Assembly (NCBI GenBank): GCA_030704795.1 | Contig: JAUYCZ010000015.1 | Coordinates: 27,540-91,539, forward strand | Direction: 5' to 3' | DNA: 64,000 nucleotides | From: a bacterium | Lineage (GTDB): Bacteria; Patescibacteriota; Minisyncoccia; Minisyncoccales; GWA2-46-15 | Shown: piece after piece, positions 55,665 through 64,000 of the stretch | Numbering within the stretch: the stretch's first letter is position 1 | Layout of the letters: each line of letters begins with the position of its first letter | Position numbers and translations under genes: made by a program | Notes under the pieces: generated by a model | Seen by the model: only the letters and a program-made list of their open reading frames with translations | Told to the model about the DNA's origin: nothing | Database searches by the model: none

Positions 55665-56788
55665 TGTTTTAATTTTATGGTATCTTTTTCCTGGAAATAA
55701 AAGCCGCCGGCGGCGGCGTGGCCGCCGTATCGCCTGACTAATTTAGAACAAGAGCCAATGGCTTTTATCCCGCTTAAACCATCTGGCATGCGGTAGTGAC
55801 CGATATTTTCTTTCTCCGTTATCTTATAGATAAAGGTCGGTTTATCAAAAGAGAGACAAAGACGAGAAGTAATTGATCCGAGCAGAGATTGGGACAAATC
55901 TGTCTTGCCTTCAAAAATGATGGGCGCGTCTTTCTGGAACAGAGCGATCTTTTTAAATTCGTCGACGCCCGCCTCAATCTTTACTTGTCTCTCGGCTCCC
56001 TTTTGCAGGAAACGCTCAAAGCGTTTCCCGGCTTCCTCGATTGAGCGAGAAGTCAGCAATAAGTAAACTTCACCCCAATCTCCTTCCTTATCGGTAATGT
56101 TAATGATCGTTACTATCTTACGAACCATCTCGCGCGTCGACAAACGGCGACTGACAACGCTCGACTGAAAAAGCGCCTGGAGGCCGGGCCGCCAGCTGTT
56201 TTCTAGATAAATCAGCCCCTCGCTGACGAGGAGCTGATTTTCCCCGGTTTCTGGCACCATGTCGGCGATGGTCGCTAAAGCTGTCAATCCCAATAAATCT
56301 TCTCTTAAATCTCCCGAAAGATTCCTACCCAAAAGCAACTCGGCCAGCTTAAAAGCGATGCCCGCGGTCGCGAGGTCTCGGAACCCATCATTGCCTTTCT
56401 CTTGTTTTGGGTTGACGATAATGGCGGCGGCCGGCAACCGGTCCAAAACCTCGTGATGCTCAATCATCAAGACCTCAAAGCCGATCTTTTTGGCCAGCTT
56501 AACCTCTTTAAAATTGCTGATCCCGCAATCAATGGTAATGAGCAGAGCCGGCGCCTTGTCTTTCAAAAAATCCAGAGCCGTTTCATTAAGACCGGGTTCT
56601 TCTTGCCTTCGGTCGGAAAAATAGAGGGAGGGCTGATCTCCTCCGAGATTGCCGATCGTTTCTTTGAGGGTCATTAAAGCCACCGTTCCGTCCAAGTCAG
56701 AATCGGCGTAGAGAACAATTCTTTCCTTTTCCTTGATGGCTTTTAAAATCCTTTTAGCTAGCTTGTTGAGATTTTTTATTTCCTTCAT
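55634..56788 (-). CDS. RecJ-like DHH/DHHA1 exonuclease (divergent)
   Basis: D.DLDG, TIDCG, EHH, TIADMV, YGGHAAAGG. Confidence 0.8.
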   Translation of the reverse strand: MKEIKNLNKLAKRILKAIKEKERIVLYADSDLDGTVALMTLKETIGNLGGDQPSLYFSDRRQEEPGLNETALDFLKDKAPALLITIDCGISNFKEVKLAKKIGFEVLMIEHHEVLDRLPAAAIIVNPKQEKGNDGFRDLATAGIAFKLAELLLGRNLSGDLREDLLGLTALATIADMVPETGENQLLVSEGLIYLENSWRPGLQALFQSSVVSRRLSTREMVRKIVTIINITDKEGDWGEVYLLLTSRSIEEAGKRFERFLQKGAERQVKIEAGVDEFKKIALFQKDAPIIFEGKTDLSQSLLGSITSRLCLSFDKPTFIYKITEKENIGHYRMPDGLSGIKAIGSCSKLVRRYGGHAAAGGFYFQEKDTIKLKQCLTKYFQQK

Positions 56789-56812
56789 GGATTAATTTAT
56801 TTCATTCATGAT

Positions 56813-57856
56813 TCATGGATTATGTAGCATTTCCAAACCCGGCAGCTTTTCTCCGGATAGAAAAACCAAAAGGGCGTCTCCTCCGGTTGAAAGATGATTA
56901 AACTTATCCGCCAGTCCCAAGTTATTCAAGAACCAGGTTGTTTCGCCGCCGCCGGCCACCGAGAAAGCCCGACTCTTGATGATGGCTCGGGCCACTTGGA
57001 GAGAACCATGGGAATATTTTTTTTCTTCGATCTTTCCCAAGGGCCCGGACCAGAAAACTGTTTTAGCCTGGCTGATCTTTTCCCGGAAGACCTGCAAAGT
57101 CTGGGGGCCGATGTCAAAGCCGTCAACCGAATCAACGGGAAAAATGACTTTTTCCGGCCGATCGAGTTTTAAGCTTTTTTTCTCTAGTTCGTCGGCGACC
57201 AAATTGGCCAACAAAACAATGGCCTGGACGGTTATTTGATTAATCAGTTTCAGCTTAATCTCGATGCCTTTGGGCTGGCCTCCCAGAATGACGACCAGGG
57301 GCTTTTTCGGATGATTCCTAAGTTTAGTTAAAATTCTTATTTCTTTTTCCAAAAGCAAACCCGCAGCTGACGGTAAAAACTTGGCGACCCTGAATGAAGC
57401 GTGACCGCGATGGGAACTAGCAAAAGCATCATTGACAAAAATTTCTGCCAAAGAGCCGAGTTTTTTAGCGAAATCGAGATTGCCTTTTTCTTCCTGGAAA
57501 TGAAATCTCAAATTTTCAAGCAAGACAATCTCGCCCCCTTTTATAGTCTCTAGAGATTTTTTAACCTCATTTCCAAAACAATTGTTTAATTTTTTAATCT
57601 TAACTTTAAGGTATTTTTCCAGTCTCGTTTTTATCCCATCAAGCTTTAATCTTTTGACGGCTTTTCCTCTCGGGTCCCCGAGATGGCTCATCAGAATCAC
57701 TTTAGCTTTTTTCTTGACCAAATAGTTTATCGTCGGCAAGGTCTGAACAATCTTAAAATCATCTAAAATATCCCCTTCTAGATTAAGGGGGACATTGAAA
57801 TCACAGCGCACTAAAACTCTTTTGTTTTTGATATCAAAATCACGAATGGTTTTCAT
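56813..57856 (-). CDS. pgk: Phosphoglycerate kinase (short, divergent)
   Basis: RCDFNVP, SHLG.P, LLENLRF, NDAF..SHR, DIGP, HLSTGG. Confidence 0.9.
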   Translation of the reverse strand: MKTIRDFDIKNKRVLVRCDFNVPLNLEGDILDDFKIVQTLPTINYLVKKKAKVILMSHLGDPRGKAVKRLKLDGIKTRLEKYLKVKIKKLNNCFGNEVKKSLETIKGGEIVLLENLRFHFQEEKGNLDFAKKLGSLAEIFVNDAFASSHRGHASFRVAKFLPSAAGLLLEKEIRILTKLRNHPKKPLVVILGGQPKGIEIKLKLINQITVQAIVLLANLVADELEKKSLKLDRPEKVIFPVDSVDGFDIGPQTLQVFREKISQAKTVFWSGPLGKIEEKKYSHGSLQVARAIIKSRAFSVAGGGETTWFLNNLGLADKFNHLSTGGDALLVFLSGEKLPGLEMLHNP

Positions 57857-59493
57857 TCTGATTTTGGATTTTGGATTTTGTCATTTGGACTTTCGGAAGA
57901 CAGGGCTTCTTTGATAGCTTCTTTAACCTTCTCCATCTCCGGAACCACTCTGGGTCTTTCTCTTCGGGAAGAAAAAGAAACCGTCTCCTGGGTTAAAGCC
58001 TCTTCTAAAGAAAGAGGGCGGGGAGGGGCGGGTGGTTTTTCGACTTGGCCTTCAGGGGGTTTTTCTCTTTCCCGCTGTACTTTTTTCAAACAGATCTTGC
58101 AATAAACCGGACGTTTGCCATCGGGCTTGAAAACCACTTTGGTCCATTTCTTACAAGTCTCGCACTGGGCGTCATAAAGTTCCTTTGCCGACGGCAAAGG
58201 CGCCTCTGACGTTTCTTTGGTTTCCGCCCAGCGGATAATTTTATCGTCAACCACTTGCCTCGGGGTACCGTACCTTTCTCTGGAAACTTTAATGATTATT
58301 TCCCGGTTGGACTTTTCCGGCTTTAAAAAAGGTGGCAGAGTCTGGGCGGAAAACGCCCGGCCGGCCAGACCATTAATCATCAATTTTAAATAAATATCGT
58401 ACTTTCCCAGGTTGACCAAATCGGTGGCGATAAAATCAGGCGTGAATTCCTTTTCCAAAAACTCCGCGTCTTCGGCTCCGACCCGGAAACAAACCAGAGT
58501 TCCCACGTTGCCGAAAACCGCGTCTCTCACCTCTTCGGTCATTTGAGTAATGTATTGATGCCCCAAGGTCAAATCCAGACGATATTTTCTTGCCTCAGAT
58601 AGAATGGTGGCGAAGGACTCGGTGGCAAAGTCCTGGAACTCATCAACATAAAGAAAGAAGTCTTGTCTTTGTTCTTCCGGCACATCCACCCGGGACATGG
58701 CGGCCAGCTGGAGCTTAGTGATCAACAAAGCGCCCAAAAGCCGGGTGTTTTCATCGGTGATCCGGCCTTTGGAAATGTTGACGATTAGAATTTTTCGGCT
58801 GTCCATTATTTCTCTCATATTTATTTTTGAAGCCACCTGGCCGATGATATTCCTAATCAAAGGGTTGGAAATAAACTGGCCGATTTTGTTCTGGATGGCG
58901 GCCGTTGCCTCAACCTCATACTTTTGATTGTACCGGGCATATTCCTGGGTCCAAAAAGCCTTGATGACCGGGTCGGTGATCTTGTCCACCACTTTTTGGC
59001 GGTAACTAGGGTCGGACATCATTCGATTGACTCCCAATAAAGTCGAGCCCGGATACTCCAAAAGAGCTAAAATAGTGTTGCCCAAAATGTAGCTCATTCG
59101 TTCCGACCAAACATCCGGCCAAATTTTCTTAAAAACGCTCATTAGGCCGGAAGCAACTATGTGGCGGTGCTCGAGGTCAACTTTCTCCATAACATTAAAA
59201 GCGAGAGGGTAGTCTAAATCCGCCGGGTTGAAATAGATGACATCATTGACCCGGTCTGAAGGGATAAAATCCAAAAGCGATTCGGCGGTTTCGCCATGCG
59301 GGTCAATAAAACAAACTCCCTGGCCGTTCTGAATATCCTGAATCGCCATATTGGCCATCAGATTGGTCTTACCCATGCCGGTTTTGCCGATGACGTACAT
59401 GTGCTTTCTTCGATCGTCCAGCTTAATGCCAAACTTCTTCCTTTCGCGGCGAAAAGTTGTTTCGGCAAAAAAGTTTATGTCGGAAACGTTCAT
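57853..59493 (-). CDS. TraD/VirB4/HerA-like ATPase with C-terminal CxxC-x17-CxxC zinc ribbon
   Basis: GKTGMGKT, IDPHG, YVDEFQ, SEARKY; CETC...CKIC. Confidence 0.85.
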   Translation of the reverse strand: MNVSDINFFAETTFRRERKKFGIKLDDRRKHMYVIGKTGMGKTNLMANMAIQDIQNGQGVCFIDPHGETAESLLDFIPSDRVNDVIYFNPADLDYPLAFNVMEKVDLEHRHIVASGLMSVFKKIWPDVWSERMSYILGNTILALLEYPGSTLLGVNRMMSDPSYRQKVVDKITDPVIKAFWTQEYARYNQKYEVEATAAIQNKIGQFISNPLIRNIIGQVASKINMREIMDSRKILIVNISKGRITDENTRLLGALLITKLQLAAMSRVDVPEEQRQDFFLYVDEFQDFATESFATILSEARKYRLDLTLGHQYITQMTEEVRDAVFGNVGTLVCFRVGAEDAEFLEKEFTPDFIATDLVNLGKYDIYLKLMINGLAGRAFSAQTLPPFLKPEKSNREIIIKVSRERYGTPRQVVDDKIIRWAETKETSEAPLPSAKELYDAQCETCKKWTKVVFKPDGKRPVYCKICLKKVQREREKPPEGQVEKPPAPPRPLSLEEALTQETVSFSSRRERPRVVPEMEKVKEAIKEALSSESPNDKIQNPKSE

Positions 59494-59515
59494 GGCGACA
59501 AATTATGATGATCAG

Positions 59516-60859
59516 TTACTCAACAGGCAAACCTAAAGGCGGCTCGCCCTTCTTGGCTTCAACGCGAGACAGGCCAGGAGCCGAAGCCACCATTCGGCCG
59601 GGGAAATGATAAAGAGAGGCGATTTCTTCCGCCGTTAAAACAAACCGGCGGCCGGATTCATCGGGATTGTTGACGCAAGGATGGGGCCAGCCGACCCAAA
59701 TCCGATTAACATAACTGCGGAAGAGCCGGCGCTTGCGCAGAAAGAGGCGCTCTTTCTTAAACCAAAACCAATCGTACCAATTTTGTTTAATCTTGGTGAT
59801 GGTATCGGCCGAAGGCACCAGGGCTTGCATGTTATCGGTGACAAAATTGGTAAAGTAACTCATGGCCAATCTCTGGTTCGGCTTGAAAAGAACGTCGCGT
59901 TTGGCCAGATAGATATACTTAATATTGCACAAGAAGCCGAGTTTGCTGATCTTTCTTTCCACGGCGCCGACCACTTCTTTTTCTCCCGGCGTCAGCTTCA
60001 TTTCCACGGGAATAAAATCTCTCTCCTCTGGCGGGGCGGCTTCGGTAACTTTACCCGTTATGAGGATCTCGGCCGCCTCCAACAACATGGGTTTGGTCTT
60101 TCCTTCAGAAACATTTCGCCGGGCCAATTTGTCGCGCATTTTTTTGGCCTCGTCTTTCCAGGGCAGATATTCATCCAAAACCGGCAAGCAGCGGATCTGG
60201 ACCCAAATTTGCTCACCCGGCTTTAATCTGGCCATGCCTTCTAAAAGCGAAGCAATGGGATCGATTCTTTTTTCCTCTTCTTCTTTGCCCGTTTCGAATT
60301 CGCTGTAGGTTTTGATGGGATAACCCCAATGCTTCAGATTTTTATACTCTAATCCCCAAAAATCCCATTCGGCATTGGGCATGTCCTGGGGCACGTTCTT
60401 GGCGTAATCTTCAACCTCAGAAATCTCGGCCTGGGGATATTGAGAATAAACATGGGATTCAAAAATGGGTTGATATACCTTTGGCGTTCTAATGTAAAAA
60501 TGGGGCACGCCGTCAATGCCGGCAATTTCTAAGGTGAAACCGGTGGGATCCTTGCCTTGCCACCATTTCTCGAACCAGTTAGGAAAACTATAAATCTGCC
60601 AAAAGCCGGTGATGACGGTTTCCATGGCCTTGATTTGTTCTAGAACTTCTTCGGGGATTTTGATCTCCAAAAGTATGCGTGGTTCGTTCTCGGCAGCGTC
60701 AAAAATATCTTTGCGCCAATGATACCAGAGAAAGAGCATGATTTTACCGATCCAAAAACACTCCACGATCAAAAAAAGCCACCACCAATCGTTGAGGATG
60801 ACCCAAAAATAAGTTTTAGGCAAAGACAAGAAAAAAGATAACGAAAGTTCAGACGGCAT
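59516..60859 (-). CDS. Conserved membrane-anchored partner of the ATPase
   Basis: LLEIKIP, SQYPQAEI.EV.DY, YPIKTY, EEIASLYHFP. Confidence 0.7.
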   Translation of the reverse strand: MPSELSLSFFLSLPKTYFWVILNDWWWLFLIVECFWIGKIMLFLWYHWRKDIFDAAENEPRILLEIKIPEEVLEQIKAMETVITGFWQIYSFPNWFEKWWQGKDPTGFTLEIAGIDGVPHFYIRTPKVYQPIFESHVYSQYPQAEISEVEDYAKNVPQDMPNAEWDFWGLEYKNLKHWGYPIKTYSEFETGKEEEEKRIDPIASLLEGMARLKPGEQIWVQIRCLPVLDEYLPWKDEAKKMRDKLARRNVSEGKTKPMLLEAAEILITGKVTEAAPPEERDFIPVEMKLTPGEKEVVGAVERKISKLGFLCNIKYIYLAKRDVLFKPNQRLAMSYFTNFVTDNMQALVPSADTITKIKQNWYDWFWFKKERLFLRKRRLFRSYVNRIWVGWPHPCVNNPDESGRRFVLTAEEIASLYHFPGRMVASAPGLSRVEAKKGEPPLGLPVE

Positions 60860-60899
60860 TCTCTAAAAAGAAAATTTAACGCTATTTAAAGATCGCTTA

Positions 60900-61081
60900 C
60901 CCCGTAGGAAATTAAATATTTTCCGTGGTCAATTGATTATATTGTTAATGATTTTCCGTAGAAAATATTTTCTAATTATGTTTTAAGATGTGCTTTCTGG
61001 GGTTGTCAATAAAACTAGCTGAAAATTATCGCCCTTGGCTTATTTAAAGCTCAACGTAAAACATAATCATTTCCTACGGGG
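60900..61081. mobile_element. MITE-like element
   Basis: 13-bp TIR CCCCGTAGGAAAT/ATTTCCTACGGGG; CTTA on both flanks; AT-rich interior. Confidence 0.65.
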
Positions 61082-61082
61082 C

Positions 61083-62168
61083 TTACGCCTCGTGGACGGA
61101 ATACCGGCCGTTTTCTGACTTCAAAAAACATTTCTTATTGCCCAGATTCAAAAGAATAGTGCTCTCCTTGACCAGGCGCTGAGACAAGACTCTTTTTAAA
61201 ATCTCATCCTGAGAAAGGGGCTGCTTGGCTTCTTTCAAGACCTGGGAAATAACATCCTTGACCGTGCCGGGCTCGTAACCCCACTCTCTCAAAGCATAAA
61301 CACCCCGACCCACCAGCACAAATCGGGAATCTTTAATTAGTTCGTTATGGACGGTTTGAAAATTCGTCTTTTTGGGAACCGGCAACGAAGCCGCCGTGGC
61401 GGAAGCCGCCACGACAGAAAACTCCTGAGGTTTTTCCGGAAATAAAAACTCATCGATCAGATTCGCGACCTTAATAAAATGCAAGGGCTTTTTGATTTTC
61501 TTAAAAACCAAAAGGGCCAAATCTCTGACGCCCCGGGGATTCACTTCTGGCCAGGTTTTCAGTCCATATTGACCATCCCTGGTTCTTAAAACCACCTTAG
61601 AAATCTCCAGAGCTGATTTCAAAAACGATGGATTGCCCGGAGCCGCTTCGGTCAATTTTTTTATCCCCAAAGGCTTTTTTTCTTTTGAGAGTTTTTTCTC
61701 AATGAGCTTGAGCAGCTTCTGAACTAAAAACAGCTTTTTTGTCTCTAGGGCTAAAAAAGCATAAAATTCTTTTGTTTCTCCGGCTCGAAAAAGACTGCCC
61801 TCAATAGCCAAGAGGAAGCAAAGCCAGTGGCGAGAATTGGCCTGGTGATTGAAAAGAGGATCTGAGAAAAGAAGTTCTTCTCTCTTCAATCCGCCGTTTT
61901 TTTGAAGATAGCTTTTGAAACTCGAAAAAACCTTGGCCATCTCAGGAGTAACTGATCCCCTTCTGATTTTAACCAAGGTCATCTCAATGATTTGGCGGAC
62001 TCTTTCTCTCGTCAAGCCCAAATCTTGGCCAATCGCTTCCAGGGTTTCTTCTTCTCCGTTTAAGCCAGAGATTTGGCTTAGGCCAAATCTCCGAAAAACA
62101 ATCTCCTTTTGTCTGGAGTTCAGGTTCTCAAAAAGAACCTGACAATCCTTTTGATAATTTAAAGCCAT
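61083..62168 (-). CDS. Sigma70 region-4 HTH plus C-terminal HARE-HTH-like protein
   Basis: RRFGL..ETLEAIG..LGLTRERVRQI; TVHNELIKD.RFVLVGRG.YAL.EWGY. Confidence 0.8.
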   Translation of the reverse strand: MALNYQKDCQVLFENLNSRQKEIVFRRFGLSQISGLNGEEETLEAIGQDLGLTRERVRQIIEMTLVKIRRGSVTPEMAKVFSSFKSYLQKNGGLKREELLFSDPLFNHQANSRHWLCFLLAIEGSLFRAGETKEFYAFLALETKKLFLVQKLLKLIEKKLSKEKKPLGIKKLTEAAPGNPSFLKSALEISKVVLRTRDGQYGLKTWPEVNPRGVRDLALLVFKKIKKPLHFIKVANLIDEFLFPEKPQEFSVVAASATAASLPVPKKTNFQTVHNELIKDSRFVLVGRGVYALREWGYEPGTVKDVISQVLKEAKQPLSQDEILKRVLSQRLVKESTILLNLGNKKCFLKSENGRYSVHEA

Positions 62169-62235
62169 TGTATTATTCGGGCGCGAGCCCGATATGTCCT
62201 CAAATCATAACACCATCTTAGCCCAACGTCAACCT

Positions 62236-63120
62236 CTACTTCTTCCATCCTTGCCAACTGACCAAAAGGGGGCTGGCTAAAAATAAAGATGAGTAGGTAC
62301 CGATTATAATTCCAATAATTAAAGTCAAGGAAAAATATTTTAAAGTTTCTCCGCCGAAAAAGAATATTGCCAAGAGGACCAAAAGAGTGCAGGAACCCGT
62401 ACTAATTGATCGAACTAAGATCTGGTTCAAGCTCTGATTAACGCAGGCATTAAAATCTCCTCCTTTAGTTTTTAAGAGATTCTCTCTCACCCTGTCAAAA
62501 ACGACTACTTTATCGTTAATTGTATAACCCAAAAGAGTCAGTAAGGCGATGACAATTGGGATGCTGAATTGAACATTATAAAATTTCCCCAGAGAGGCAA
62601 AAACGCCAATTGGTATTAAAACATCAAAGAAAAGGGTAATTATCGAGATTATTCCATATTGCCAGCTGGATAAGGGCCGGGAGATTTTTCTAAAAGCAAT
62701 GGTAATATAAATGAGCAGGGCGGCTAGAGAAACAACTATTAAGATTATTGTTTTCTGCCGTAATTCTTTGCCGATAACCGGGCCGATGCTTTCGAAGCGT
62801 TTTTCCTCTATTTTTGAAATCTCCCGCAACCTCGAAATAATCTGTTGATGAATATTTTCATCAACTTCTTTCATTCTCATGATTACTCCATTGGCTCCGG
62901 TAGGTTGAACAACCAGCTCCTCTAAATTAAGATCTTTTAATTTTTCCTGAATTATTGGATTTTCCGGTCTATTTTCAAAATTAATTTCCAAAATACTTCC
63001 GCCCGAAAAATCAATACTAAATCTCAGGCCAAAGGTCAAAAGAGAAATCAAGCTCGCCACAATCAGAGCTCCAGAAAAAATATAATAAGCCTTTGTGTAT
63101 TTTAGAAAGGGAATATTCAT
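62236..63120 (-). CDS. secF: Protein translocase subunit SecF
   Basis: IDFSGG, IGPVIG.EL, GYTIND.VVVFDRVRE. Confidence 0.93.
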   Translation of the reverse strand: MNIPFLKYTKAYYIFSGALIVASLISLLTFGLRFSIDFSGGSILEINFENRPENPIIQEKLKDLNLEELVVQPTGANGVIMRMKEVDENIHQQIISRLREISKIEEKRFESIGPVIGKELRQKTIILIVVSLAALLIYITIAFRKISRPLSSWQYGIISIITLFFDVLIPIGVFASLGKFYNVQFSIPIVIALLTLLGYTINDKVVVFDRVRENLLKTKGGDFNACVNQSLNQILVRSISTGSCTLLVLLAIFFFGGETLKYFSLTLIIGIIIGTYSSLFLASPLLVSWQGWKK

Positions 63121-63150
63121 AGTTTTTTATTTCGTCAGAATCAAACTTGT

Positions 63151-64000
63151 TTATCTCCACAACCAACTTAATTTTTCGATTTTTGAACCGGCAAAAGACC
63201 TCAAGAGGTTATTGGTAATGAAAATTGCCGAAAACATACCGATTAAATTACCGATGATCAAGGTCAAGGCGAATCCTTTAATAAAACTGGTTCCCAAGCC
63301 AAATAAAATTAAAGCCACTAAAATAATGGTGAAATTTCCATCGCGGACTGATGGCCAAGCTCGTTTAAAACCATCTTCGAGTGAAATCAGAAAACCTTTC
63401 CCTTGTTTTAACTCTTCTCTTATCCTGGAAAAGATTAAAATATTAGCGTCCACGGCCATGCCGATGGAAAGGATGAACCCGGCAATGCCGGCCAAGGTCA
63501 GGGTCACCGGGATGATTTTAAAAAGGGAAAGAACCAGGGCAACGTAGATGGTCAAAGCTAGAGAAGCCAAGAATCCGGGCAAACGGTAAAAAAGCAGCAT
63601 GAAAACAAAAACCAGGCCAAAGCCAATGAGGCCGGCTCTCAAAGATTTCTCTAAAGAAGCTTGCCCCAGACTGGGACCGATGGTTTCCTGGGAAACCAGT
63701 TTAATGGGCACGGGCAAGGCCCCGGCATTCAGATTTCTGGCCAACTCCCGGCCCGCCTCAACGGTAAAGTCACCGGTAATCTGGGCTTGGCCTCCCTTAA
63801 TCGCTTCCTGAACAACCGGCCGAGATAAAAGAGCGTTGTCAATATAGATGGCCAAGGGCTGGCCCACATTTTTCGTCGTTAACTCTTCAAATAATTTGGC
63901 GCCTTCTTCGTTGAACTGAATCGAAACTTGAGGCTTATTCGTGGTCTGGTCAAAGGCTAAATCCGCCTTCTTCAGATAGCGTCCGGTCAATTGAGTGGAC
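63151..64000 (-). CDS. secD: Protein translocase subunit SecD, C-terminal part (start outside window)
   Basis: LNAGALPVP, IGPSLG, GMAVDANILI..RI.EE. Confidence 0.93.
   Translation of the reverse strand, partial: STQLTGRYLKKADLAFDQTTNKPQVSIQFNEEGAKLFEELTTKNVGQPLAIYIDNALLSRPVVQEAIKGGQAQITGDFTVEAGRELARNLNAGALPVPIKLVSQETIGPSLGQASLEKSLRAGLIGFGLVFVFMLLFYRLPGFLASLALTIYVALVLSLFKIIPVTLTLAGIAGFILSIGMAVDANILIFSRIREELKQGKGFLISLEDGFKRAWPSVRDGNFTIILVALILFGLGTSFIKGFALTLIIGNLIGMFSAIFITNNLLRSFAGSKIEKLSWLWR

Noticed and set aside
57853-60859. Conjugative element suggested by TraD/VirB4-like ATPase
   Set aside because: No relaxase or other T4SS genes; embedded among housekeeping genes
61083-62168. Sigma factor
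   Set aside because: Only a region-4 HTH; no region 2

Overview
The window looks like a Patescibacteria (CPR, Parcubacteria-like) chromosome segment. This is an inference from the short AspRS, the CPR-type VirB4/TraD-like ATPase pair, the sigma70-r4/HARE-HTH protein, the weak Shine-Dalgarno usage and the dense small palindromes. Most genes are on the minus strand. Core content: a MurL-like gene, mraY, a D,D-carboxypeptidase, aspS, eno, trxB, nnrD, galU, ftsZ, rlmN, ftsE/ftsX, prfB (+1 frameshift), tgt, rarA, hpf, xth, lepA, murJ, rnpB, rnhA, a recJ-like gene, pgk, secD/secF and three tRNAs (Gln, Thr, Gly). Accessory content: a sortase/CAP/Ig-repeat surface cluster with one high-GC gene, a GT2/GT-C glycosylation cluster, an ArmA/Rmt-like 16S methyltransferase, an amidase+subtilase insert, and a tRNA-Gln-linked GIY-YIG gene plus island. 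The best novelty candidates are four. (1) A histidine-sensing module in which a HisR/TrpR-like repressor ORF appears to double as its own attenuator leader peptide (tandem operators, His-His-His tail, 1:2/2:3/3:4 stems), controlling an unknown circularly permuted ATP-grasp ligase. (2) A ~160-bp repeat family that delimits accessory cassettes. (3) An intact tRNA-Gly nested inside the anticodon arm of a second tRNA-Gly-like shell. (4) A large switch-like 5' leader RNA. All functional calls come from motif recognition by eye; no searches were run.
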